64,000 bases of DNA, taken from Zancudomyces culisetae HAW-14-8. Lineage: Eukaryota > Fungi > Kickxellomycota. Each line of letters opens with the position of its first letter. Within the stretch, counting starts at the first letter, position 1. This document shows, one piece after another, positions 12,279-25,413 of the stretch. The notes below the pieces were generated by a model. It ran no database searches, was not told the DNA's origin, and saw only the letters and a list, made by a program, of their open reading frames with translations. Both the position numbers and the translations under genes were made by a program. Location: NCBI GenBank assembly GCA_052426225.1, contig JBNJNM010000022.1, forward strand, positions 310,001-374,000, in the 5' to 3' direction.

Positions 12279-15200
12279 ATGAATCAGCAAGATGAAAAGG
12301 TAAAAGTAAATAAGCAATTGAAAAATATTTTGGGCAATAATGAGGCCTTTGAAAATTTATGTTTTATTTCACAAAACATAAACAAATAGATGAAAAAAAC
12401 ATTGTAAAAAAAAAAGAGTTATTTTTATAAAGATGGATATATAAAAATAGGGTATGTTTGAAATACAGATGGTAAATGAGCATGTTTTACAGTAAGTTTT
12501 TAAAAAGCAGAGAATTTGTCTGAAATATACCACAAAAATGGTTGAGCATTGTGGAGATGTGGCTGAAATTAATATATAAAACATCAAAATGATAGGGAAT
12601 TGCTGGAACAACACCAAGAGAAATTAGAGAAATACGAATATTACAAAAGAGTGCTGGATGAAGAAACCGGAATAAAAAAATATTTAGAGCAAAAAGATGA
12701 GATACAGAAAATAGTAGAAAATGAGGAGCAAGAACAAATGGAGGAGGTTCAGCAGGTGGAAATTAAAAAGGAGTATCAGGAGATAATAAAGGAGTTTGGG
12801 GTAGAGCAGGACACCAAGGAGAGGGAATATGGTAGAGCCAAACTAAAATTAGACAATATAGAATTAATGGGGTTATTAAGTAGAATTGAAGAGCAAGGGG
12901 TAATAGATATGGTTGATTCGAGTGTTCGAGAAAAAGAGCGAGAAAACGAAAAGGAGAGCAAAACGAAAAAAAAACTACGAGAAGAAGAAGACGAGAGGAA
13001 GAAAATCAGGGATACAAAGGTGTATCAGGTGGCGTTTGAGGAGCAGAAAAGTAGACAGGTACTTGAGCGAATTGAAGAGCTGAAGCAAAGTAATCGGTGG
13101 GGGTATTCCCAGCTAAGGCAGTTTAAAAGTATACGGCGACCAAAGGTGCATTGGGACTACGTATTGGAGGAGATGGAGTGGGTCCACAAAGATATAAAGG
13201 AGGGCAAAAAGTATAAGCGAGTATTAGCAAGAGTGGTTAGTCACGAGGTTGTCGCAAAAATAGAGGAAATACAAGCAGATAATCGAAATGATGAGGCGAG
13301 AAAAGTAAAAAATCAAACAAGCAATAAGAAATGGCGGAAGAAAGCAAATGAAGAAGAAGAAAAGGGTAATGGTGATGATGATGGTGATGATGACGAAGTT
13401 ATTGATACTGGAGAAAAGATCCGGAGAGGAGAAGTATATGTAGGAATCGAGGAGGATGGTGAATACGTAGATATAATAGAGGCGGGATTAATAGTGCCTA
13501 TTAGTAAAAATATGATGATTAAGCAGGATGCTGAGTGTGAAGGGCGGGTAAAAATAGATCAACGACACGAAGAGCGGAAAGAGGAGAATGAGGCAATGCG
13601 GGCGGCGATTACAGATAGATACGAGGCGGGACCTGGAGTACTAGATTTGTTTAGAACAGATAGTAACCGTGTTGTTAGAGATGCCAATGCGATGTTATTT
13701 GGGCTAGACAAGGAGGAAGAAAAGGATAGAGAGAGAAGAGGAAGGCGGGATTTTGTATTTTGGCATAAACATGATGATCAGATTGCAAAGCTGATAGGAA
13801 TGTATGGTGCAAATAGAGAGTTGGTGGAAATGGGGTTCAACATGGAGTTTCAGTTGTATGGTAAACGGCGAGTGCGGGCCGATCAATTGTATAGTCGGTA
13901 TTATCAAAAGTTTGACAAGAGTGGTGGTAATAAGAGAGAAATGTTGAAGGCGGCAGCAGCGGCAGCGGTACCAGTGGCTGGCGTGATGGAGGAGGAAGTG
14001 AAAACCAAAAGAATTGGATATATTTCGATGATGGACAAGTACCAAAAGACGCTAAACAACAACTTTATAAGCAAAAACAAAGAGGTGCTGTGGACAGAGC
14101 GACTAAAGACATATCCAAGTCTTCCAATTATAAATGATCAGCCAACAGAATTAGCAGCAAGTATTGAGGCTCATTCAAAATTGTTTAAATTGGTAAAGCA
14201 AAGAAACAAAAAGAGGCAGTTGATGATGATAAATGAAGTAAATCCTAATGCTAGCACCAACCCTACAAACAAAAAGGTCAAATCTAATTCTAATACTTCA
14301 GCAGCAGCAGCAGCACAGATGTTACAACCATCATCTGCATCTACATCTACACCTACACCTACATCTGCAGTAACACCAACACCAACACAAACACAAACAC
14401 CAACAACAACAACAACAGCATCGACAACAGTAGGTAATATTAAAGCTTTTAGCCCGGCCGAGCTGTTGATATTAAAGGCTGAACGAGATAAGCAATTACA
14501 ACAGTATATGTTGGAACATAGAAATGTTGCAGCAGCAGCGTTGGCTTATCAACAACAACAACAAGCTCAACAACTTCAACAAAAGGCTAGTATAAATCTA
14601 AGTGTAGCTGCTAAAGCAAAAGCAAAAGCTAAAGCAAAGGCAAAGGTACGAGCACAACAACAAGCACAGCAAGAACAGACACAAGCTCAACTTCAAGTTC
14701 AGCCAGAATCACAAACACAAACACAAACACAACCACAACCACAACAACAACCACAAACACAACCACAACCACAACCACAGCTACAACAACAACAAGCTCA
14801 ACAATTACAACAGCAACAAGCCCAACTACAGCAACAACCGCAACCACAACCACAGCAACAACCACAGGCTCAATCCCAATCCCAATCCCAATCCCAATCC
14901 CAGGCACAACTACAGCAACAACAACTAGCCCAAACTCAAGTTCAGGCTCAAGTACAAAACATTCAACAGCAGTTAGGTCTCGGTGTACCAAACAATGTTG
15001 GTCCTTCTACAATCTCTGCTATACCCACAAATGCAAATGTAAATGTAAATGCAACTGTACCTCCAAATGTAAATGGAAATGTGAACCCACCTACAAGTAT
15101 AAGCTCGGCTATGGCGGCAGCGGCGGCGGCAGCTGCTGCAGTAGTAGCAGCAAGTTCCAATGGTAGCATCAATCCCAATACTTCAAAAGAGCATCTTAAA

Positions 15201-16097
15201 TCAACAGTACCCTTGGCTCAACAATTAAATTATGCACGAATGTTGAATAAAGGTATAATGACTCAACAACAAGTGCAACAAGCTCAACAACAAGCACAGC
15301 AACAACAGCAGCAAGTCCAACAACAAGTCCAACAACAAGTTCAACAACAAGTCCAACAACAACAGCAAGTTCAACAACAACAACAACATTTAATGGCTGC
15401 TAATAGACTAAAACAAGCAAATACAACAGCGTTTCTACAACTAGCCCAACAAACCCAACGACTGATTCAAACCAACCAGCAACTGTTTATGGTTTCCCAG
15501 AACCAGGCTAACATTCCCATAGCTATAAAACAACACCTGGCTGTCCAACTTATCCAACTGCAGCGTCTCTCCCAAACTCCCATTAACCAAATGAGTATTT
15601 CCGACTTTCCAAACTTGATTGGCACCCTTCAACAACAACAAGTCCAGCTACGTTCTCTACTAGTTGCTTCAAATATCAATTTGGCTTCTTTTGCTCAACT
15701 TCAATCTCAACTAGCAAATACATCTAATCCTAATACAACTCCTAATCCCACTCTTGCTACTCCTTTGGTTACCTCTGCAAACCCTAACCCTAATACTAAC
15801 CCTAACTCTAACCCTAATACTAGCCTTAATACTAATCCAAATGGAAATCCTATCAATCCCACAACTGTTAATACCAATCCTGCAACCGTCACTGCTGCAG
15901 TTCCCACGTCCGCTACTCCAAATCCCATCACTCCAACCGCTACTCCTTCCCAACCTTCTACTTCCATCCCCCTTAATTCTTCTTTGACTCCCTTACAACT
16001 TGCCCAATTAGCTTTATTAAGATCTAAACAACAACAACAACAACAACAACAACAGCAGCAACAGCAGCAACAACAACAACAACAACAATCAAAATAA
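12279..16097 (+). CDS. EAF1: EAF1/Vid21-like NuA4 scaffold (HSA domain, degenerate SANT/Myb domain, poly-Q C terminus); short 5' exons 12279-12299 and 12451-12491, main exon 12596-16097
   Basis: HSA motif KVHWDYVLEEMEWVHKDIKE; SANT-like WHKHDDQIAKLIGMYGANRELV...LYSRY; FSPAELLILKAERD motif; Q-rich tail. Upstream exons join in phase at GT/AG. Confidence 0.85.
16028..16088 (+). repeat. (CAA/CAG)n trinucleotide repeat encoding the terminal poly-Gln of EAF1
   Basis: About 20 consecutive Gln codons. Confidence 0.9.
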
Positions 16098-18134
16098 TCC
16101 AAATGAAATCACATCTCGAATCTGCTGTGTATCTGTCAACATCATTACCAATCTATCTATTCCCATTCCCCATCCTCCTGTTGGAGGCAATCCATATTCC
16201 AACACTTGACAGTACTTGCGGTCGTTTTCTGCCAACTCTTCTCCCTTTTGTTGTATTTCAAACCGCCGTTGCTGTTCAAATGGATCGTTCAACTCTTCAT
16301 ATGCGTTGACCAGTTCTTTTCCATTAACATATACCTCGAATCGGTTGCAGAATCCCCGCATGATTTCCGACTCCTTGGAAAGTGGCGATTGTGAGACCGG
16401 ATGTCCTATCACCACTGTTGGCTGCCTGCTTGTTATCACCTTCTTTTCAATGTATTCTTCAATCACATAGTCAACCAGATCTTCCAAGCGCTGCGCCTTT
16501 AGTTCTTGCACCTTGCTGTCCCTATTCTCTTGGCTTGCTGTTCTAGCCGCAATAAACTCTATCAACTCTTCCTTGTTATTTATGATTTCTTTGTATCTTG
16601 CAGTTCCAAACACCTTTTCTAGTTCCTTATAGATATATACCCGTTTAAATGGCTTTCCAAAGTCTATTTCCCCATCCTCCTGTATTCCATTCACTTTTTC
16701 TTTGCTAGATTTGTTTTTAGGGTCGCCTTCTTCCACCACAAATTTTGTTGTGTTAAATATATTCTTCATTATCGTTCTCAACAATTCCTCGGTAAATTCT
16801 ATCAACTCCTCTACATCCGTATACGCCTTGTACATCTCCATTGTGGTAAACTCCGGATTATGTGTTCGATCAGTTCCTTCATTCCTAAACACTTTGCCAA
16901 TTTCAAATACTTTGTCAAACCCGCCAACTACCATTTGCTTTAAAAACAGTTCGGGTGCTATTCGCAAACAATAATCTTCTCTTTCTTTTTTCTTTTCACC
17001 GAATGCACTGTTTTCTCCATCATTGCCTTCCGCCTTGATTATAAATGGTGTTGCGTTGGCTCCACCCACCCCATTCCAGAGTATAGGTGTCTCCACTTCC
17101 ATGTACCCTCGCTCATTCATGTACTTGCGTATTTCCCACACGATCCGGCTCCTGATCACCATCCGCTCGCGTGATTTCTGGTTCACCAAAAAATCAACAT
17201 GTCGATACTGACTGTTCCGCCTCAACCCCGTGTCGCTCAACTTGCTTTTAAATGGAATTGGATGGTAACACGCCGATAGTACCTCAACTCCTCCCCTTTT
17301 CCCTTTTCCTTTTCCTTTCCCTTTCCCTTCTCCTTTTTCTTCTCCTTCCTCTGCTGTGGCGTACAAACTTAGTTCTCCGTTTTTTGTTCGTGTAATATAC
17401 CCGCTAACCCGAATTATATCTCCCAACTGCACCTGCTCATTATACTGTTCAATAAACTCACCCAGCGCATCGTTTTCACCCTCCTTTCCCTTGTTTATCT
17501 GCACCCTCTGGTACGAACATACTACCTGAATCTTCTCCCCTTGTTGAACCAAATCGTAGAATATCAGCCGTTTTCCACTTGTCCGCTTTCCTGCCACCCT
17601 ACCTATTAAATTTTATTTCACTTTATTTTATTTTGTTTTTCATTTTACTTTTACTTTTACTTGTTCCATCACTCTTAGTTTTATCTAGTTTTTTATTTTA
17701 TTACATATTTCGAATAAAAAATATACATTCTCTTAATTACTTGGGTTATATTTACCTTGTATAGTTACAATCATCTGCTCATCAAATCCGCTTGTCACAT
17801 TCTGGTATTTTTCTACAAGTGTCCCAATCTCGACCAAGCTAGAAACGGGTTTGTATACTGGGTGCAGCTGTGTTTCCAGCTTTTCAAAGATTGGCTGTCG
17901 CTTTCTGAGCATGTCTCGACCACTAATGTTCGATGTACTTGCTTTTTCCTTTTCCTTTTCCTCTTTGTTCTCGATTGCTTGTTCTTTAAGTCTTATTTCT
18001 GGTTGTGAACTGATCGATCGTCCGACTTCCAGTTTTTGGCCCACAGACGCCAGTGTTCTGTACCAGGCATTTGCATTTGCATTTGCATTTCTAGTTGCTC
18101 TGCTTATGTTTTTCAACACTGTTTTTCTAAGCAT
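16089..18134 (-). CDS. MSK1: Lysyl-tRNA synthetase class II, mitochondrial; 2 exons 18134-17756 and 17602-16089
   Basis: OB-fold GRVAGKRTSGKRLIFYDL; motif 2 FEIGKVFRNEG..THNPEFT; motif 3 YGLPPTGGWGMGIDRL; Arg-rich N-terminal presequence MLRKTVLKNISRATR; in-phase GT-AG intron 17755-17603. Confidence 0.95.
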
Positions 18135-18727
18135 TGTCTAGTTATATTAAAGTATATAGTTGGAGGTTATAGTGTTTATAATGCTAACAGTTTTAAAAGA
18201 TCAATATAAACTAAATTGATAAAAAATAATAATAATAATAAACCAAAATCCATGCCTTGTATTTTAATCTTTTTTTTTTCTTTCCACACTTTACTTCCCC
18301 CCCCAATCAATAAAAGTAAAAGAAATCTACAAAACTTTTTGATTTATTATGTAGTATAGAGTAAAATGATAAACAAATAAAATCAAGTTTCTCAGTTACT
18401 GTTCGAATCGGGTAGATTGTTTAGGAGAACAACAAGAGTGATTTTGTTGACTCGAGTTCCGATTTCAAGTAACAAGATATATAAATATTAAATCAAACTA
18501 TACTTTTCTCCTCCAAGGACATAAAGGAAATCTCACGTTATCACAAACAGTCACAAAACAGATCAACCCAAATACAATTGAACTGCTTTTTCTTTTTCTT
18601 TTTTCTTTCTTTTTTTATCACTGGAAAAGTCTTGTTTATGTACGAGTTTTTACTTTTGGTTTAAATCATTTTTTTTAAATAATAAATCAACAAAAGAATG
18701 TTAAAAAATAAATATAATGAAAAAAAG

Positions 18728-19177
18728 CTACTTTTTATTTCCATTAACCATCCTTAGAAATTCGTCATAAGCAAGTGAACCATCGCCTCTGACATTGTTA
18801 CTTTTGATAACTTCATCGATGGTCTCATCGGAAATATCGACCCCTAATGTATTCAACAGCATCCTAAACCTCCCAAGTGATATCCTGCTGCATTCATCCT
18901 TGAAAATCCCAAATACACATCTGTGTAAAGCTTGACCACTGTAATGTGCTCTTTTGCGCATGATCATAGCTACAAACTCTTCAAAGTTCATAGTTTCTGC
19001 GCCATTATTGTTAGCCTTGATCATCTGAAGCAGAGTGTTCTCTGAAACTTTCACGTCAAATATCTCCATAAGCGAGAACAGACCTTTAGCTGTGATGTAA
19101 CCAGAACCCCCAACTTCGAAAATACGGAAAACTTCCCAATATTTAGCAACCTCCTCCGGAGTTACGTATTCCTCCAT
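18728..19177 (-). CDS. Calmodulin-like four-EF-hand protein with degenerate Ca-binding loops
   Basis: 149 aa, colinear with calmodulin (EVFRIF..GSGYIT; MNFEEFVAMI; GDGSLAYDEFLRMV); loop ligands are largely substituted. Confidence 0.85.
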   Translation of the reverse strand: MEEYVTPEEVAKYWEVFRIFEVGGSGYITAKGLFSLMEIFDVKVSENTLLQMIKANNNGAETMNFEEFVAMIMRKRAHYSGQALHRCVFGIFKDECSRISLGRFRMLLNTLGVDISDETIDEVIKSNNVRGDGSLAYDEFLRMVNGNKK

Positions 19178-19742
19178 TTTAGAAACTTTAAACTTTTAGG
19201 TGTGTATGTATGTTTGTTTACGTGTCTGTGTGTTAGTGTGTATGTGTGCAATTTTGTTTTTTTTTTACCACTTGGCGATAAACTTCAGTTTATATACTCG
19301 GAGTACAGTTTCTTATTATTATTTTTTACTTTTTGTGATCGATTCTTTTTTTTTTTGCTTTTGTTTTTAGCTACCAAACCTAAAAGCATTATTTCCCCTT
19401 CGTCCTTTCCCCCTTTCCCCCCCCCCCCCCCCCCTCTTCGCTATGCTTCTCATTTTTTTTTTCTGTTCTCCACTATAACAAACTTATTTTTCCTTTATAA
19501 GGTTTTGATCATCACAAGATTGAAACCTTTATTATTATTATTATTATTTTCCTTTTTAAAAAGATAAATATCATTTCGTTTTACAAAAACGGAAATTAAA
19601 ATTACTCGGCGAGCCACTAAAAAAAAAAAAAGTAAACTAAACCTGTAATCTTTTTCTCTTTTTCTTTTCTTTCTTTCCATTCTTAAACACTTCTTTATGC
19701 ATAGTTTTATCGATAACGACGCATAAAATATTATTGACAAAA

Positions 19743-21048
19743 ATGGACAGGATTTTGGCCAAATTCTCACAACAGAGACTTTTCCTAGTCGCTCGACTCC
19801 GTACATTTTCATCAGGTACGACAATTAACAGTGGGAGTGCAAACATCAGTACTAGCCGAAAGAAAATCCTGGCAAAACTACAATCATTAAACTCACAAGG
19901 TGTTGAGAGTGGTGCCCAGAACCTCATTCCGCTTTATTCCAGTTCGAAAAACAGTATAAAACCGCGAAACGTCTTGATATTATCGTTGGCTCAATTGCTT
20001 ATTTGGCTTAATTTGGCAGACATTGCATTAAGGTATTGCCCTATTTTAGTTTTCTTCTCCTGTTACGCACCCCCCTTTTTTTTTGTTTTCTTGCATATAT
20101 TTGTCTCTAATATTCTATTTGCCAGTTTCGTTTACTAACACATCTGCTATTTTGGAATTTGTCGTGATTTTACCGAAATGGTACCAATAGGGGCATAGAA
20201 TCTAGCAAAGATGAGCGCGTGACAATTAGCGAAGCTTCTAGTGACAATATTGGCACCGACAATATCCAAAGTGTTGGTGCTGGTACCAACATGCAAGAAA
20301 ACCGGTTTGGTAGTGAAAACGAAGGGTTGACTTTGCAGTCCGATTCGAACTGGAAAGATATGTTGGTTGGGGCTGGTATCATGGCTTTCGGAGTGTCCCT
20401 TTCGACTCTTATTTTATTCTATGGAACAAGGTAAGCACGTTTCACAGTTTTCTTTCCCTTTCCCTTTTCCTTTCCTCGTTTTTTACTCTTTTTATTTTCT
20501 TGTATTTTCCATTATATTTCCTCTTTCTCCACATTTACTCGTCTATATAATCATTCACCTTGGCACTATTTTGAAAAGTATGTTTATTTATACCAACTAT
20601 TTAACCGCCTTTTTATGGATAATAGATGCTGCAAAAGTGTACAAATTGTCAATAACGGCAGATCGCTCTTGATTAATCGGTACAATATCCGAGCATTCTT
20701 TGATTTTCTTCCGTTTTCTGGTAACAAGTCAATAGTAACAAGTGAGGTTATAAACATTGAGCAGGCATACAGTGCATCTAAGCTTTATACAGGAAAAGGT
20801 TGGTATCATAAATCTATATTTTTTTTTAACACCCAAAAAAGCAGATGTAGCTAACGTAGCTATCGGTTATAGGAAACAACAAAATGTCTGATGGACTAAA
20901 TAACCAGTACATCGTTTACCGCGGCACGCATGCTGAAAATCAAAAAAAGGACAAGGGAACATTTGGTTATGTACTAGACCGGAGAGGCCAGTTTTATTTG
21001 GATACTAATATTATAGATACAATCTTTTACCGTAACTTTAAAAAATAA
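19743..21048 (+). CDS. TMEM223/Mrx15-like mitochondrial inner-membrane protein; exons 19743-20032, 20191-20430, 20626-20798, 20873-21048
   Basis: Spliced product has a presequence-like N terminus, TM1 LILSLAQLLIWLNLADIA, TM2 GAGIMAFGVSLSTLILFY, then RCCKSVQIVNNGRSL and C-terminal YVLDRRGQF...IDTIF, matching the TMEM223 pattern. All three introns are GT-AG and in phase. Confidence 0.75.
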
Positions 21049-21079
21049 GCGTAATAATAAACAACTGAGGCAAAAAACC

Positions 21080-21107
21080 AGAAACTAGAAACTAGAAACT
21101 AGAAACC
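21080..21107. repeat. (AGAAACT)n heptamer tandem repeat between convergent TMEM223 and SMC2
   Basis: agaaactagaaactagaaactagaaac. Confidence 0.7.
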
Positions 21108-21131
21108 GGATGCCACAAATCAAAAACATGC

Positions 21132-24100
21132 TCAACAAGCTTCGACTATTGACATTCCATTCCGGAACCTGACACGAAACAAAACATTGGCGTTGTTAAA
21201 CATGCCTTCTTTCAGACTAACCACAATAAACTGGGAACCCTTAAAGCGAGTTCTGAACAGCCGCCCAATGTTCTGTGTATGTGATAAATCAAGTGCCGCA
21301 TCGATTTCATCAAGAATGTACATTGGCGCAGGCTTGAACTGCAAAAGTGACAGAATCAATGACAATGCAATCAGCGACCGTTGACCACCAGACAACTCGG
21401 CAAGCGAATTCCGCCAAATATCACCAAGACTGACCTTAATGCTCAATCCTTCAGTTATATTGTCTGGGTTGATTGGGTCGAGCCGCGCTGTATTTCCAGG
21501 AAGTAGTTCGGCAAAGATCCCACCAAAATCGACGTTTACTTGTCCAAATGTCTTGGTCAGCGCATCATATTTGTACTTCTCCAGCGTCTTGATAGTCTCT
21601 TCAATCTTGCGCTTGTCCTTCAACACGGTTTTGAGTTTCTGCTTCAACGACTGCTCGCGTTTCTCCACATTTTCGATATTTGCCAGTACTGACGTGTTTG
21701 TCGTCTTGCGAAGAACTGCCAACCGTTCCGAAATCAGTCGCAGGTTGCGTGCTGCTGCTGCTGGATCCAGATTTGCAAAGTCAAACGCACCACCCGGAAC
21801 TCCAAATAGATCTTTCTGGTCGTTCAGCCATGCGTTGCGTTCGTTCAGCTCATCCATTGACCGCTGTGCTTTTGCATATACTGATTTCAGCCGGTCCAAA
21901 TCGTGTTTGAGTTGCTGTTCACTCAGCTGTAGCGTTACCAATTCGCTTTGCTTCTGCTTCAACAGCTGATCCAGCTCCTCCAGCTCTCGGCTACGTCCTG
22001 CAATCTCCCGGTGCATTGCACTGAGCTCATCATATCCCACATCATACTGCTCCTGAAGGTCGGTTAGCTTGATGTTTAGGCTTGCAATACTACTGGTCAG
22101 CTGTTCAATGTTTTTTTTTGTGTTCTCTAGTTGCTTTCCCAGCTGCTCAACCTCAGTGCACGCCTCCTCAAGTTTCAGCTGTGTTTTCTGAGCTCTTTTC
22201 TGATGCGCTCTAGACAAGCTGAGAAGCTTGGGCACAACCACGCTTTGTTGCTCCTTAAGCTTACTTTTGAGTTCCCGTAGCTTACCATCTTTGTCACGTC
22301 CAAACTCCTTCATGTCCTTTTCAATCTGCTTAATTGAGTGGCGACACTTTTCTTGCTGCTCCAACGCCTCTATCTCTGCTTTCTGCGCTGCCTCAATCTC
22401 TTTTTGGATTTCGGCAACTCGACTTTTGATCTTTCCAGTTCTGCTGCTCTTTTCCAACTGTTGTATCACTGTTTGAAGTGCATATTGATCCACCTCTAGT
22501 ATCTTTGCGATCTGTTCATGTCTGGCCTTTATTTGCTGCAGCGATTCAAGATCACCACTAATCGCTTTTATCTCTTTGTCAATTGCTTCACCTTGCCGCT
22601 TTGCTTCTGCAGCCTTCAGCATTTTCAGCAGTATTCCAGAATTTGCTGGTTTAGATCCTCCTTGTAATGTGCCTGATGGGTCATACACATCTCCTTCATA
22701 TGTCACTGCTCTGATCCTGATACTCTTGTTAAATGCAACCCGTTTGGCCGTCTCCGTATCTGGACATACCATTGTATTTCCAAACACATACTGCATTGCT
22801 GCATGTACCTGTGGACTATACTCGACCAAATCCAGTGCTAACCGTGCCTTCCCCTCTGTAATATGCGCCGCTATACCCACTTCCTTCTCACCTGCGACTG
22901 CTCCTCTGATTTTATTCAATGGAATGAATGTCACACGCCTTTTCAACCGCCCATGCTCAAGCAACTTTGCCGCTGTTGTATCTGAATCCACCACCACGTT
23001 CATCAACCGGCCTCCTGCTGTTATTTCTAGCGCATTTATCGCATCCATATTGCTTGGGTCTACTCGTATCAGTTGTGCTATACTACCATACACTTTGCGT
23101 CGATCAAACCCAGGTTCTGGATCGCTGTACTCAAACTCTGCCCCTGTCCACTCTCCTGCTCTGTTTCTTCGTAATTCGCTTTGTTGTCGCTTCAGTTGTC
23201 CCACTTTTTCCATAACTTGGCTGTATATCTGCCCATTAAATCCCACTTTTGAAAGTTCTTCAGTTCTTCTCGCTACCCTCTCTTCCAAATCACTCTTTTT
23301 CCTCATCATCCCTTCGTCTTCTTTTTCTGCACCACCCAGCTTCTCTAACAACTCTTTTTCTTCATCCTTCAGCATTCGCTTCTTTACACGACTTTGTTCC
23401 ACAACCGTTAGGCTTTGTGCCTCCTGCTTCTTTGCTTTCGCAAGCTGTTGCATGTATCCTCCACCTCCACCCCCCTCCTCGCCTTCGTCGGCTGCCACTC
23501 CTGTTGACAGTGATTGAATCAATTCCTCCAGACGCTTTGTCTCTTCAACAGCCTCATCAGCCTGCTTTTTGGCATTTTCGTACTCTTTTTGCTCCCCTTT
23601 ATTTTCTTCTGTCACACTTTCCTTGATTTCTTCCACCTTTTGGATTTCACCTTCTATTCTCTTTGCATTTTCCGTCTCTTCTTCCACTGTTTTCTCCTGG
23701 ATTTCCTGTTTTGTCTTGATTTTCACCACCTCTTTGCTTAATTCATCCACTCTCTTTTGAAGCTCTGCCATCTCCTTGCTCTTTTTTTTCCTTTCGCGAC
23801 TATCTACATCCTGATTATTCTTGTGTATATGTGCTATTTCCCCCGTAATTGTCTCTATATTTTCTTTTACCTCCCCATACTCTCCTTCTTTTGTCTCTAT
23901 TATTTTTTTACTTTCCTCAAGCCTCTGCATTCCCTTTGTATACTCATACGCTGCTACTATCCTACTTAGCCGCTCTTGTTCCATATTTATTTTTTGATAC
24001 TCCAAAAACCCTTCTTTTTCTCGCCTCAATTGCTCAAACTTTGGATTGATCTCTTCCCTCAAGATCTGCTGTATTTCATCTATCTTCCTGTCCTTTTTCT

Positions 24101-24876
24101 CTATCGTGCTTATCGCCTTTTCTTTACGTTCCTCAAACATTCTTGTTCCTGCTGCCTCTTCTATCATCGATAATATCTCCATTGGTTGCATATTCAGAAC
24201 TTTTGTAATTCTTCCCTGCATAATCAAAAAATGTGGATTGTTTATATTCAACTGAACTGCCTGTAACATGTTTGCCACGGTTTGCTCTTGTGCATTATGA
24301 CCATTGATCATATATTTATTTTTCCCGCCCACCATTATCTATGCACAAGTTTATGCAATTTTAGTTTTTTTTTCTCCCAGATTTCTAATAATCCTTTTCT
24401 GTTCTTACCTGTCTAGTCAGCGTAATCTGATTAAAACTTTCGTACCCGGGTGGACTGGTGTTTTTGTCGCTGTTGTTGAACACCAATGTCACCGAAGCTT
24501 TGGAAATTCCCGCCTGTCCTTTTTTATAAATCAGATCCATAATATTGCTTGATCGTAGCTAAATATTTAGTATTTAGGTATTCATTCAACAATCAGTGGT
24601 TCAACGTGGCTTTACAATTGATGAGTTTATTTATATATATTTTTATACCTATCGTTTTTTCAACAAAAATATATAGAATATGACTATTCAAATAAGCATT
24701 TTACTTACCAATCTGTAGTTTTTGATCCCAAGTACAAAACAGAATGCATCCAAAATATTAGATTTCCCAGATCCATTCAGCCCCGTGATCGCATTGAACT
24801 CTGCATCCCATCCTTTTATGTGCGTTCGGGAGGCATACGACTTGAAGCCATCAATTATAAGCTCTTCCACCCTCAT
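21132..24876 (-). CDS. SMC2: Condensin subunit SMC2 (Cut14), 3 exons
   Basis: Walker [17 protein letters not shown]; [16 protein letters not shown]; [20 protein letters not shown]; hinge [17 protein letters not shown]; signature LSGGQRSL; Walker [24 protein letters not shown]. Two GT-AG introns near the 5' end. Confidence 0.97.
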
Positions 24877-25413
24877 TTCTCCATTCGGTTTTATTTTATT
24901 TACCTAATTTTTTTAATCTGGATAAAACACATATGTTGTTAGATAGTTTGAGAGGAGTTGATCTATACAATTACACTTTTTTTTTGCTACTTGACTAATA
25001 TTTTATCCGGCTATTTTTATAAATATTTATTTCTGAAATGTAAATAAACATAGCGAATAAATAGTTAGTATGTGTCAAGGCTTTGTTTTGAATTGAATTT
25101 TGTGCATCTCCATTTGATTTAGCACTTTTTATTTGGTAACATGCTATTGAAATTTTGATATGAAGGTTTATATCTTTTTTTTATGGTCAGTTGTACTTAT
25201 TCGACTTTACTGGTGCTTAATGCACAGACTAATAAAAAAAGCGAGACCAAAGAAATTAATATTTCTTTAGACTCTTTTCATATTTATTTTGTATACCGAA
25301 CGTTCCTCTTGACTCGTTCCAAAGATAGCATTTATAACCTCAACAACGGTCTTGCTAATGTAACCTATAAATCAAATGCTTTATTGTTACAGGGTTATGT
25401 CTAAAGAAGATTT

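Noticed and set aside
15707-16102. Poly-Cys ORF on the minus strand
   Set aside because: Antisense reading of the EAF1 CAA/CAG poly-Gln repeat.
22576-23517. 313-aa plus-strand ORF and other long antisense ORFs over SMC2, EAF1, LysRS and muskelin
   Set aside because: Shadow frames of real genes with skewed codon usage; no independent motifs.
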